From the NCBI GenBank assembly GCA_045580085.1, contig JAZNND010000059.1, positions 2,782 to 66,781 on the forward strand: a stretch of DNA of 64,000 nucleotides, in the 5' to 3' direction. The notes under the pieces are model-generated. The model saw only the letters and a program-made list of their open reading frames with translations, did not search any database and had not been told where the DNA came from. A program made the translations under genes and the position numbers. Positions 37,951-46,472 of this stretch are shown here, piece by piece (the stretch's first letter is position 1; each line of letters starts with the position of its first letter). This stretch comes from Eubacteriales bacterium (lineage in GTDB: Bacteria; Bacillota; Clostridia; Oscillospirales; CAG-272).

Positions 37951-38805
37951 ATGAAACGAATTTACGGTTTTTCCACTTGCGGCGCAAAGCCCCTCAACCC
38001 CAGTGCTCTTGAAGAGTATAAAGCCGCGGGCATTGAGGCACTTGAATATGTGATAAACGGTTGCAGAATGGATCCGTTTTACTTTGAAATAGACTATAAG
38101 AGGCTTGTGCTGGAAGCTATTTCCGCGGGCATTGTTCCTTGGTCTGTTCATTTGCCTTTCCTTCCTTTCGAAACGCTCAACATCGCAACGGTTGACAGTG
38201 ATGTTTTAAAGAGTTCCGTTCATGATTTCAGCGAGATTTTGCGCCGTATCGGCGATGCGGGAATTCCCACCGCTGTTATCCATCCTTCGGGCGAACCCAA
38301 TGCACCGGAAATTCGCGCCGAGATCATGAAAAATGCCAAGGAAGGGCTTGCTGCACTTGCCTCTGTTGCCGCGGAAAGCGGTGTTATACTTGCGGTAGAG
38401 GATCTGCCGCGCACTTGTCTCGGTAATTCTTCCGCTGAGATTTTGGATCTCATTTCCGCGGACGACAGGCTCCGCGTTTGCTTCGACACCAACCACCTGC
38501 TTGGCGAGGATATTCCTACCTTCATGCGCGCCGTAGGTGATAAAATACATACTGTACATATTTCGGATTATGACTTTATCGATGAACGCCATTGGCTTCC
38601 CGGAGAAGGAAAGATCGATTGGGCGACTGTCATGAAAGTCTTTGACGAGATCGGCTATGAAAATCCTTTTATTTACGAGGTTTCTTTTCAAGCCCCCAAA
38701 ACCATCGAGCGTCCTCGGATTCTTACCGCTGCCGATTTTGGACGCAATGCGAGAGAATTGCATAACGGTGAGCCTTTGACTGTAATCGGAAAGCCTTTGC
38801 TTTGA
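37951..38805 (+). CDS. Sugar phosphate isomerase/epimerase (xylose-isomerase-like TIM barrel)
   Basis: ORF trimmed to MKRIYGFS. Contains HLPF, VIHPSGEP, LAVEDLPR, CFDTNH and HISDYD, the pattern of the AP_endonuc_2 fold. Confidence 0.7.
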   Translation: MKRIYGFSTCGAKPLNPSALEEYKAAGIEALEYVINGCRMDPFYFEIDYKRLVLEAISAGIVPWSVHLPFLPFETLNIATVDSDVLKSSVHDFSEILRRIGDAGIPTAVIHPSGEPNAPEIRAEIMKNAKEGLAALASVAAESGVILAVEDLPRTCLGNSSAEILDLISADDRLRVCFDTNHLLGEDIPTFMRAVGDKIHTVHISDYDFIDERHWLPGEGKIDWATVMKVFDEIGYENPFIYEVSFQAPKTIERPRILTAADFGRNARELHNGEPLTVIGKPLL

Positions 38806-38817
38806 GATGCGTGAGGA

Positions 38818-39846
38818 ATGATATTGATGGAACATTTGGAAAGAGGAACTCTCTATAATTTACCCGAACGGAACGAATATGTAGAGAGTACCAAAAAGTT
38901 TATTGAGAAATCGCTGAAAGCAGCGAAAACGCGCAGACGGGAATATACGCTTACACATACAGAAGACGAACGCCGTGCCGATTTTCGCCGCATGCTCGGG
39001 TTTCCTTTGGATCCTTCTCCCGAAAAAAATGAAATTCGGGTGAAGAAAAAGCTTCTTATGAAAAACGAACGCTTTTCCGCTTTTTCTATGCAGTTTGAGA
39101 TCATAGAGGACGTTTGGTTTTACGGCGTGCTTTTGGAACCCACTGTGAAATACGATAAAAATGCGTTGGTTATTTTTCAGCATGGCGGCCTTGGAATTTC
39201 CGAGATGATCAGCGGTTTGATCCCTCCCACCAATTATCATGATTTTGCGCAAAATGTACTTGATGACGGTGTTTATATCTTTTGTCCTCAGCTGTTCCAT
39301 TGGAGTGTTGCCGATTGGGGCAGTGCTTACGAAGGCGGACATTTGGACGGCATATTCCGTGCTCTCGGCGGCTCCAAAACAGCGTTCGGTGTATACGGTA
39401 TAGAACGCGTGCTCGATTACTTTTCGGCGTGCCCCGAAATCGATTCTTCCCGTATCGGCATGGCGGGCTTGTCCTATGGCGGTATGTATACGCTTGTGAC
39501 AGCAGCCTTAGACACCCGCATTCGCTTTGCCGTCTCTTCTTGCTTTATCAATGAAAGAGAACGCTATCCTTGGAGCGACTGGTGCTATTTTTCACAAGCG
39601 GATCGATTTTTTGATGCCGAGCTTTTGACGCTTATCGCCCCCCGTCCCTTTATGGGCGAGGTTGCTACGCGAGATAATCTCTTTCATCCGGACGGCTTTC
39701 GCGCGGTGGAAAAGGATTATGCCTTTTACCGCGAAAAGCTTGCTTTGCCCGACAGTGCGGTCTTTCACATCTTTGAGGGCACCCACGAATTTGGTACGGA
39801 CGGAGAAAATTTGAATTTTTTAAAAAAACAGTTAAGTGAGGATTGA
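38818..39846 (+). CDS. Alpha/beta hydrolase (esterase-like)
   Basis: VIFQHGG, a nucleophile elbow GLSYGG, and a C-terminal EGTHEF (His). The start could instead be ATG 38827. Confidence 0.65.
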   Translation: MILMEHLERGTLYNLPERNEYVESTKKFIEKSLKAAKTRRREYTLTHTEDERRADFRRMLGFPLDPSPEKNEIRVKKKLLMKNERFSAFSMQFEIIEDVWFYGVLLEPTVKYDKNALVIFQHGGLGISEMISGLIPPTNYHDFAQNVLDDGVYIFCPQLFHWSVADWGSAYEGGHLDGIFRALGGSKTAFGVYGIERVLDYFSACPEIDSSRIGMAGLSYGGMYTLVTAALDTRIRFAVSSCFINERERYPWSDWCYFSQADRFFDAELLTLIAPRPFMGEVATRDNLFHPDGFRAVEKDYAFYREKLALPDSAVFHIFEGTHEFGTDGENLNFLKKQLSED

Positions 39847-39848
39847 GT

Positions 39849-40316
39849 ATGTTTAAAAAAGCATTATGGGTATTTTTGATCTCCATGATTCCGATCATCG
39901 AGCTTCGCGGTGCCATTCCGGTCGGTGCTGTGATGGGGGTGCCCTTTTGGTTGAATTATATCCTTTGCGTTGTCGGCAACTTTTTGCCCGTTCCTTTTAT
40001 TCTTCTGTTCATTCGAAAAATTCTCGCTTGGATGAAAACCGTTAAGAGATTGGATAAGATCGCGCTTTGGCTGGAAGCAAAAGCGCAAAAGCATTCCAAT
40101 AAAGTTATGAAGGGCGTTGCCGCAGGTCTTTTTTTGTTTGTTGCCATCCCGCTTCCCGGCACGGGCGCATGGACGGGTTCGCTCGTAGCGGCTCTCTTTG
40201 ATATGCGTATGCGCTATGCTTTGCCTGCCATTTTCCTCGGTGTCTGTGTTGCAGGTCTTATTATGACGCTCGGCAGTTACGGTTTGGTCGGACTTTTCCA
40301 GATTTTCGCGAAATAA
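39849..40316 (+). CDS. Small multidrug export protein family (COG2426/Sm_multidrug_ex) membrane protein
   Basis: MFKKALWVFLISMIPIIELRGAIPVG..AIPLPGTGAWTGSLVAALF. The ATG lies 3 nt past the stop of the upstream gene. Confidence 0.7.
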   Translation: MFKKALWVFLISMIPIIELRGAIPVGAVMGVPFWLNYILCVVGNFLPVPFILLFIRKILAWMKTVKRLDKIALWLEAKAQKHSNKVMKGVAAGLFLFVAIPLPGTGAWTGSLVAALFDMRMRYALPAIFLGVCVAGLIMTLGSYGLVGLFQIFAK

Positions 40317-40334
40317 TTTGCAAGGAGCTCGTTT

Positions 40335-41435
40335 ATGCACGACGTATTTATATCTTACTCGCATAAGGACAGTCAAACGGCGACTATGGTTTTAAATATT
40401 TTGGAGCAAAACGGCATTAAATGTTGGATCGACTACCGAGATGCTATGCCGGGGGAGAGCTTCGCCGCCTCCATTGTACGCGCTATCAAGCAAAGCAAGT
40501 TTTTCGTATTGCTTTTATCGGGTGCCAGCGGCAGTTCACAGCACGTTTTGAACGAGATCAACTCTGCCGTAAATGCTTGCGTCACCATCATCCCTTTTAA
40601 GATCGACGGTGCCGAAATATCGGAGGGCATGGAGTATTATTTGGGAAAAACGCATTGGTTGGATGCGCTGACACCGCCCATTGAGGCGCACATCAAGTCT
40701 TTGCTCGAGGTGATTCAGCGTTATTCTGTGCCGCATGCGGTGGGAAAAGAAGAAAAAAGCCCTGTTTTTTCTCCCGTGCATCCGCAAGCCCCTGTTGTGC
40801 ATAAGCAAGAATGCCGCATGGTTAAATACGAAGAGCTGATCGAGCTTGGCTATACCGCGTCATCCATTGCTTTGCAATTGGTAGAAAACGATTATATCAA
40901 TTGCAACGGCATCGGCCAGGAAAATGAGGGAACGGCAGAGCAGTGGGAAATGTATTTGCAGGATAACAGCGATACCTTCCAATATTTGATCAACGGTAAA
41001 AATGAGATCGTCGGAGACTGGTCCATCGTTGCTTTGAATGATGAGATTTACGAACAAGCCGAAAAAGGCGAGCTTTTAGAAGCCGATATCGATGTGGATA
41101 AAACCGAAATGATTTGTTTCCCCGGTATTTATAACGGATATGTGCTCACCATTTCTGCCTTGCCCAATTACAGAAACACCAAGAACTATAATTTGCTCGT
41201 GGATTCCTTCGTGCGTCAGATTGAAGAGTTTTCGAACAACGGTATTTTCTTTCGCTCTTGGTGCATGAATGTGTTCAGCAAAGAGGTGGAGATGCTCGTT
41301 CGCGGCATGGGCTTCCGCTATGTCTGCGACAATAGGGTGTTTGGCAAAATATATACCTGCCCCTTCATCCCTTTGCCCAAGGTTCCGCTTTTGAAAAAAT
41401 ATCCCGATTTGGTGAAAAATTATGATGACATTTGA
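40335..41435 (+). CDS. TIR-domain protein with a C-terminal degenerate GNAT-like domain
   Basis: AAGGAG lies 7 nt before the ATG. TIR motifs: DVFISYSHKD, WIDYRDAMPGES (BB-loop-like), FFVLLLS, SQHVLNEI (matches plant/bacterial SxWCLxEL, with Glu74 at 40554-40556), IIPFKIDG. The C-terminal ~200 aa resemble a GNAT fold but lack the RxxGxG motif. Confidence 0.85.
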   Translation: MHDVFISYSHKDSQTATMVLNILEQNGIKCWIDYRDAMPGESFAASIVRAIKQSKFFVLLLSGASGSSQHVLNEINSAVNACVTIIPFKIDGAEISEGMEYYLGKTHWLDALTPPIEAHIKSLLEVIQRYSVPHAVGKEEKSPVFSPVHPQAPVVHKQECRMVKYEELIELGYTASSIALQLVENDYINCNGIGQENEGTAEQWEMYLQDNSDTFQYLINGKNEIVGDWSIVALNDEIYEQAEKGELLEADIDVDKTEMICFPGIYNGYVLTISALPNYRNTKNYNLLVDSFVRQIEEFSNNGIFFRSWCMNVFSKEVEMLVRGMGFRYVCDNRVFGKIYTCPFIPLPKVPLLKKYPDLVKNYDDI

Positions 41436-42036
41436 TACCGTTACCGTTCGTCCCGCACAAGCAGGGGACGATATCACAAAAATTGCCCGTTACATTCATC
41501 TGACGGATCCTTATATTTATCCTACCGTGACGGAGTCTGCGGAGGATCCCTCTTGGATCTCTCTTGTCGCCGCATGTTTTTCGGATGAAAAAAACATCTA
41601 TTTCCGAGACAGAATCTGGGTTGCTGAGAAAAATAACGCAGAGATCGTCGGTGTTCTGTGCGCCATTGAGTGCGGTGACGGCGATTTGACCTTTTCGGCA
41701 AACAAACCGATCCCGCCCACCTTGCGTGAGGGGGTTTTGCGCGTGGAGGAGGGATACTATCGGCCCTTAATAGCAGAGAGCCGCGATTTCGAGGGCTATA
41801 ACATCGTCAATCTTTGCACAGAACCCGAAACGCGCGGAAGCGGTGTCGGAACCAAGCTTTTAACGGCTTTTCTCAATCGCGTAGCGGGAGAAACGGTTCA
41901 TTTAGACGTTATTCAAAACAACGTTCACGCTATTCATCTTTACGAAAAACTTGGCTTTCGCATTACCTCTTCTTATAACGGTTTTGGCAAGGACGGCGTG
42001 GATGTCCCTTGCTTTCATATGGTTCGCTCGGTATGA
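41422..42036 (+). CDS. GNAT family N-acetyltransferase
   Basis: Overlaps the TIR gene by 14 nt. Motif A is NLCTEPETRGSGVGTKLL and motif B is HAIHLYEKLGFRI. Confidence 0.85.
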   Translation: MMTFDTVTVRPAQAGDDITKIARYIHLTDPYIYPTVTESAEDPSWISLVAACFSDEKNIYFRDRIWVAEKNNAEIVGVLCAIECGDGDLTFSANKPIPPTLREGVLRVEEGYYRPLIAESRDFEGYNIVNLCTEPETRGSGVGTKLLTAFLNRVAGETVHLDVIQNNVHAIHLYEKLGFRITSSYNGFGKDGVDVPCFHMVRSV

Positions 42037-42079
42037 AAAGCCTTCCTTTTGGTTAAGATAGCCAAGAGGAGAAGCCGGA

Positions 42080-42772
42080 ATGCGAGAATTAAAATCATGT
42101 AAAAATGCTCCGGACGTTTTTATGTCGGGGCATTCTTTTTTTGCGTGCTTGTTTCACAGTCACGCCTTTCGTACGTTGGTAAGTCTTTATATCGGAACTT
42201 TTTTTCAAGCGGGATATGCTATATTCAATTTAATCGGTACTCTTTTTTACGGTTCGCCTTGGTTGTATGCGGCAACTTTTTACTCTGTTGTGCTGGTTTT
42301 TGCCCGCATTTATCTGATCTATACCTATCGTCACACCGATAAGAGAAATTGCAGTGAGGCGAAGCGGTTTAAACGTTCCGCAGGGCTTTTTATGATATTG
42401 CTTGCTTTTGGACTCTTGTTTATGATATCCTTGCCGTTTTACCGTAGCAAAAGAGAGGGATACAATGTTCTTTTTACGCTCGTATATGCCATCTATGCCG
42501 TATTGAGTGTGCTGTTTTCTGCGATAGGTATTATTCGCTTGCGCCATGTGGGTACACCGGTTCTTTCTGCTGCCAAAGTCATCAGCTTTGCCGGTGCATC
42601 GGCATCGGTTCTCAATCTGCAAAACTCATTGCTTCCTGTTTTTCAAAAAAACGGTCAATTTTATCGCTTTTGTCATGTCGCGCTCGGTAGCAGTGCTGTG
42701 TTGCTTCTCGGGGTATTTGGGATTTTCTTTCTTCGAAAAAAGCATGTGTATAAAAACTATTTTTCAGAATAA
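42080..42772 (+). CDS. Uncharacterised 6-TM membrane protein
   Basis: AGGAGA lies 8 nt before the ATG. Six hydrophobic segments are visible by eye. I recognise no family signature. Confidence 0.6.
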   Translation: MRELKSCKNAPDVFMSGHSFFACLFHSHAFRTLVSLYIGTFFQAGYAIFNLIGTLFYGSPWLYAATFYSVVLVFARIYLIYTYRHTDKRNCSEAKRFKRSAGLFMILLAFGLLFMISLPFYRSKREGYNVLFTLVYAIYAVLSVLFSAIGIIRLRHVGTPVLSAAKVISFAGASASVLNLQNSLLPVFQKNGQFYRFCHVALGSSAVLLLGVFGIFFLRKKHVYKNYFSE

Positions 42773-42812
42773 TGTAAATATCTATTTGCATTTTGTTGGC
42801 AATATCTTTTGC

Positions 42813-42840
42813 TTGACATTTTGGAAAAAAATGCTATAAT
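42813..42840 (+). promoter_or_regulatory. Putative promoter of the CpsB-type phosphatase gene
   Basis: TTGACA (42813-42818), 16-nt spacer, TGcTATAAT (-10 at 42835-42840). Confidence 0.5.
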
Positions 42841-42873
42841 AAAGATGAAAGATTATGACAAAGGAGAGGCGTT

Positions 42874-43593
42874 ATGTACTATACCGACATTCATTCTCAT
42901 ATGCTTTGCGCCACAGATGACGGCGCATCATCTGAAGAAGAAATGTTTGCTATGTTAGACGAGGCGTATCGAACCGGAACACGTCGTATTTGCGTAACCC
43001 CACATGCGAACCCTTCGATGTTCGGGCATAATGCTGAGCGAGCAAATGCGGCTTTTGCGGCATTTTCTTCGTATGCGGCGGAAAAATATCCCGATCTTTC
43101 CTGCACACTTGGAAGTGAGCTTGGATATCATTCGGAATGGATGAAGCTTTTGAAATCGGGAGAATGCCGTCTTTTGGGCGATAAGTATCTTTTGGTAGAT
43201 TTTTTGGCGGGCGTGACGCTTTTTGAAATCCGTTATGCCTTAGACGATCTGCTTTCTTCCGGTATCACTCCCATTTTGGCGCACACCGAGCGATATGACT
43301 CTTTGCTTGGCGAATATGATATGTTGAGAGATTTTTGCCGCCGAGGTCTTGCTTTGCAACTCAATGCCTCTGCCTTTGTAGAAAAGCATTCGCTTAAACA
43401 GCGTTCTCATATTAAAAAGCTGATGGCGAGATGCCCGATTGCCGCTGTGGCAAGTGATGGGCATAATTTAACCACCCGTCCGCCCGTATTAAGGGAAGCG
43501 GAGAGTGTTTTGTCGGCTCGTTACGGGGAGGATATGGCGAAATTTTGGCTTTCTTATGCGCCGAGCCGCATTTTAGACGGTAAAAATTTGTGA
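42874..43593 (+). CDS. cpsB: PHP-family protein-tyrosine phosphatase (CpsB/YwqE type)
   Basis: The N-terminus MYYTDIHSHMLCATDDGASSEEE..RICVTPHAN is diagnostic of CpsB-like Mn-dependent phosphatases. Confidence 0.8.
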   Translation: MYYTDIHSHMLCATDDGASSEEEMFAMLDEAYRTGTRRICVTPHANPSMFGHNAERANAAFAAFSSYAAEKYPDLSCTLGSELGYHSEWMKLLKSGECRLLGDKYLLVDFLAGVTLFEIRYALDDLLSSGITPILAHTERYDSLLGEYDMLRDFCRRGLALQLNASAFVEKHSLKQRSHIKKLMARCPIAAVASDGHNLTTRPPVLREAESVLSARYGEDMAKFWLSYAPSRILDGKNL

Positions 43594-43672
43594 TCAAGAT
43601 TCAGATAAACTGTACCGTTTTTGCTAAAAATAGAGATTTTGCGCTTTATTTTATATATTACTAACAAAAAGG

Positions 43673-43701
43673 TTGACAAAATAGGATAATTGTGCTATAA
43701 T
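43673..43701 (+). promoter_or_regulatory. Consensus sigma-A promoter of yloV
   Basis: TTGACA (43673-43678), 17-nt spacer, TGcTATAAT (-10 at 43696-43701). Confidence 0.6.
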
Positions 43702-43707
43702 TGCTTT

Positions 43708-43721
43708 GTTGACGCGTCAAC
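43708..43721. promoter_or_regulatory. 14-bp perfect palindrome GTTGACGCGTCAAC at the predicted transcription start
   Basis: The sequence is its own reverse complement and begins 7 nt after the -10. Confidence 0.35.
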
Positions 43722-43833
43722 ATCTTTGCTTTGATTCATTGGTATCTTAAAGCTGTATGATGATAGCGTGTGTTTTTGCATATAATTGAGATTCGTTTAG
43801 CAGAGTTTCTGTCTGCTTTAAAGGAGAATGATA

Positions 43834-45492
43834 ATGAAGTTAACCGGACAACTTTATAGGGAACTGGCTGTTTCAGCCAACCATATGCTGACCAACAAGA
43901 AAACAGAAGCAAATAATATGAATGTTTTCCCGGTGCCCGACGGTGATACAGGTATCAATATGAGCCTCACCATGAGTACTGTGAAGAATGTGGAAACAGA
44001 TCTTCCCTTGGGCGAAACTGCCGCGAGGGTTGCAGATCAGATGCTTCGATCCGCCAGAGGCAACTCCGGTGCGATCCTGTCGCTTTTCTTCCGCGGCATT
44101 GCCAAAGCGTTTGCCGGTATGGATGAGGCAGACAGCGAAGGCGTTGTAGCAGCCTTTGAGCGCGGCACCAAGGAAGCGTATCGCGCTGTTATGAAGCCTG
44201 CCGAAGGCACCATCCTTACGGTTATGCGCGTGGCATCCGAAAAGGCGCGCCAGGCCATTGATGCGAACAAAGACCTTTCTTTGGCGGAAATTCTTTCCGT
44301 GATTTTGGCGGGGGCGAAGGAAACTTTGGATAAAACCCCCGAAATGCTCCCCGTTTTGAAGGAAGCAGGTGTGGTAGACGCGGGTGGCTTTGGTTTTGTC
44401 TGCTGTCTCGAAGGTATGATGGCGGCCGTGGAAGGGCATCCCGTTGCCTTGGAAGAAGCCGAAGAAGAAGGGCCTGCTGCCGCTAATTTCTCGGATTTTG
44501 ATACCGAGGATATCCATTTTGCTTATTGCACCGAGTGTATCGTAGAAAAGAACGAGGAATTTTTGGGCGAAGATACCGCAAGCGATTTTTGCGCCTTCAT
44601 CAAGAGCATTGGTGACAGTGCCGTCTTTATTGATGATGAAAGCTTGATCAAGCTTCATGTGCATACCAATGATCCGGGTGCTGTGCTTAGCCATGCCGTT
44701 ACCTATGGCAGTTTGCTTTCGGTTAAAATTGAGAACATGCGTAACCAGCATACCGCTTTGACCTCGGGTGCGGAAGAAGAGGCTCCCAAGGCGCAGGACT
44801 CTGCTGTAGAGGCTGTTCCGGTAGAAAAGAAATATGGTTTTGTGAGCGTTTGCATGGGTGAAGGCATTAAGAATGCTTTCCTTGATGTGGGTGTAGACCA
44901 GATCATTACGGGCGGTCAAACCATGAACCCCAGTACGCAAAATATCATTGACGCAGTTTTGAAAACGCCTGCTGAGTGCGTGTTTATTCTTCCCAATAAT
45001 AAAAATATTTGCATGGTAGCGCGCCAAGCGGCAGAGATCGTTAAAGAGCGTCGCGTTATCGTAATCCCCACCGAGTCGGTGCCGCAGGGTATTTCGGCTA
45101 TGCTTGCGTTTGATTGCGAAGCTGACTGTGAGCCGGAAGCGATAGCCAATTCTTTGAAGGAAGCTTATTACGGTGTAACCACCATGTCCGTTACTTATGC
45201 GGTGCGCGATACCAATGTCGGCAGATTCCGCATCGAAAAGGGGCAGTACCTCGGGCTTGTTGAAAATACCATCGCATGCGTTGCCAGAAGCAATCGCGAT
45301 TGTATGGAACAACTGATGCGCGGTATGACGGGTGCTTCCGTTGTTACTGTGTTCTACGGCGAAAACATCACCGAAGAAGAAGCGGAGTATATCGGTGCTC
45401 AAATTTCCGAACGTATCGGCACGATGTGCGACGTTACAGTGCTTCCCGGCGGTCAGCCGATCTATGATTATATCGTTTCTGTCGAGCAATAA
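43834..45492 (+). CDS. yloV: DAK2 domain fusion protein YloV
   Basis: ATG 43834 lies 7 nt after AAGGAG. NVFPVPDGDTGINM and GNSG motifs are followed by the DegV-like C-terminal half typical of YloV. Confidence 0.88.
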   Translation: MKLTGQLYRELAVSANHMLTNKKTEANNMNVFPVPDGDTGINMSLTMSTVKNVETDLPLGETAARVADQMLRSARGNSGAILSLFFRGIAKAFAGMDEADSEGVVAAFERGTKEAYRAVMKPAEGTILTVMRVASEKARQAIDANKDLSLAEILSVILAGAKETLDKTPEMLPVLKEAGVVDAGGFGFVCCLEGMMAAVEGHPVALEEAEEEGPAAANFSDFDTEDIHFAYCTECIVEKNEEFLGEDTASDFCAFIKSIGDSAVFIDDESLIKLHVHTNDPGAVLSHAVTYGSLLSVKIENMRNQHTALTSGAEEEAPKAQDSAVEAVPVEKKYGFVSVCMGEGIKNAFLDVGVDQIITGGQTMNPSTQNIIDAVLKTPAECVFILPNNKNICMVARQAAEIVKERRVIVIPTESVPQGISAMLAFDCEADCEPEAIANSLKEAYYGVTTMSVTYAVRDTNVGRFRIEKGQYLGLVENTIACVARSNRDCMEQLMRGMTGASVVTVFYGENITEEEAEYIGAQISERIGTMCDVTVLPGGQPIYDYIVSVEQ

Positions 45493-45561
45493 TTTAAAGA
45501 GACCGGCAGGGAAGAGGCGTATTCAATCGCTCTTTGCAACGATGTCATTTTTAAATCCTAT

Positions 45562-45617
45562 AAAAACAGCACTTATGGCTTGCGCAGAATAGCGTTCACC
45601 ATAAGTGCTGTTTTTTG
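45562..45617. terminator. Strong bidirectional terminator between yloV and the PHP gene
   Basis: The 17-bp stem AAAAACAGCACTTATGG/CCATAAGTGCTGTTTTT has a 20-nt loop. A- and T-runs flank it on either side. Confidence 0.75.
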
Positions 45618-45632
45618 CTTTATGACGTAGGA

Positions 45633-46472
45633 TCAAAACCGATCTAAAATCGACAGCATTTCTGCCGCAACGGCAGTACCGTCTGCCGAAAGTGTTGCTA
45701 AGGGAATGTCCTTGTTTTTGCCGTGATAATCGCTCCCTCCGCTGATCAGAAGACCGTTTTCTTTCGCCGCACGCAAAAGAAGCGAGCTTTCCTCTGCCGT
45801 ATAGCGCGAGTAGAAGCATTCAAGCCCCTGAATGCCTGCGGCTTTTAGATCGGACAGACGGGCGAGAAATTCATTTTCGTCTATATGCTTTTCTCCCTCA
45901 CCCCCCAAAGGGTGTGCCCATACGGCAATGCCGCCCGACTCTCGGATTGCCTTGATGGCATAAGCGGCAGCAAGTCGGTCTTCCGCATATACTTTCCCTT
46001 TGCTCATGTATTTTTCAATGGCATCTCTCACATTGTCCGCCATGCCTCTTTTTACCAAAATAGCAGCGATGTGAGGTTTACCCACCGTTTTAAGCGCATA
46101 AAGAGAGGAAAGCTCCTCTTCTGTGAAGGTGATGCCGAAAGTATCTTTTAGATAGATCAATCGGCGGTCGAGCTTTTGCCGTCTGCGCCTTTTTCCTTCT
46201 TCGATTGCCTCGCGGAAAAGAGGATGGTTTCCGTCAAACCCATAGCCTAAAATATGGCAACGCCCTCGCGGCATGATGCAAGTAAACTCAATGCCCGGGA
46301 TAAAACGGATGTGGGAGGGCAAAATGTTTTTTAAAAGCGCATTTCCCTCGTCGGTATCGTGATCGGTGAGCGCGGCGGCAGAAAGCCCTTCTGCGAGAAT
46401 GGCGGAAGCCAGTTGTTCAACACTGTCCGAACCGTCGGAAAAACGGCTGTGTATATGCAGATCGGCTCTCAT
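45633..46472 (-). CDS. PHP domain phosphoesterase (TrpH/YciV-like)
   Basis: MRADLHIHSRFSDGS..AALTDHDT..WAHP..GGSDYHG is the PHP metal-binding pattern. Confidence 0.8.
   Translation of the reverse strand: MRADLHIHSRFSDGSDSVEQLASAILAEGLSAAALTDHDTDEGNALLKNILPSHIRFIPGIEFTCIMPRGRCHILGYGFDGNHPLFREAIEEGKRRRRQKLDRRLIYLKDTFGITFTEEELSSLYALKTVGKPHIAAILVKRGMADNVRDAIEKYMSKGKVYAEDRLAAAYAIKAIRESGGIAVWAHPLGGEGEKHIDENEFLARLSDLKAAGIQGLECFYSRYTAEESSLLLRAAKENGLLISGGSDYHGKNKDIPLATLSADGTAVAAEMLSILDRF

Noticed and set aside
37900-42900. Horizontal-transfer hallmarks around the TIR cassette (compositional island, flanking repeats, integrase, tRNA)
   Set aside because: The TIR gene uses TTG heavily and has a few TTA/TCA codons, and it looks somewhat AT-richer than gap or infB. 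Moderately expressed neighbours such as GH38 also use these codons, so I cannot quantify a shift without computation. No flanking direct repeats or mobility genes were seen.
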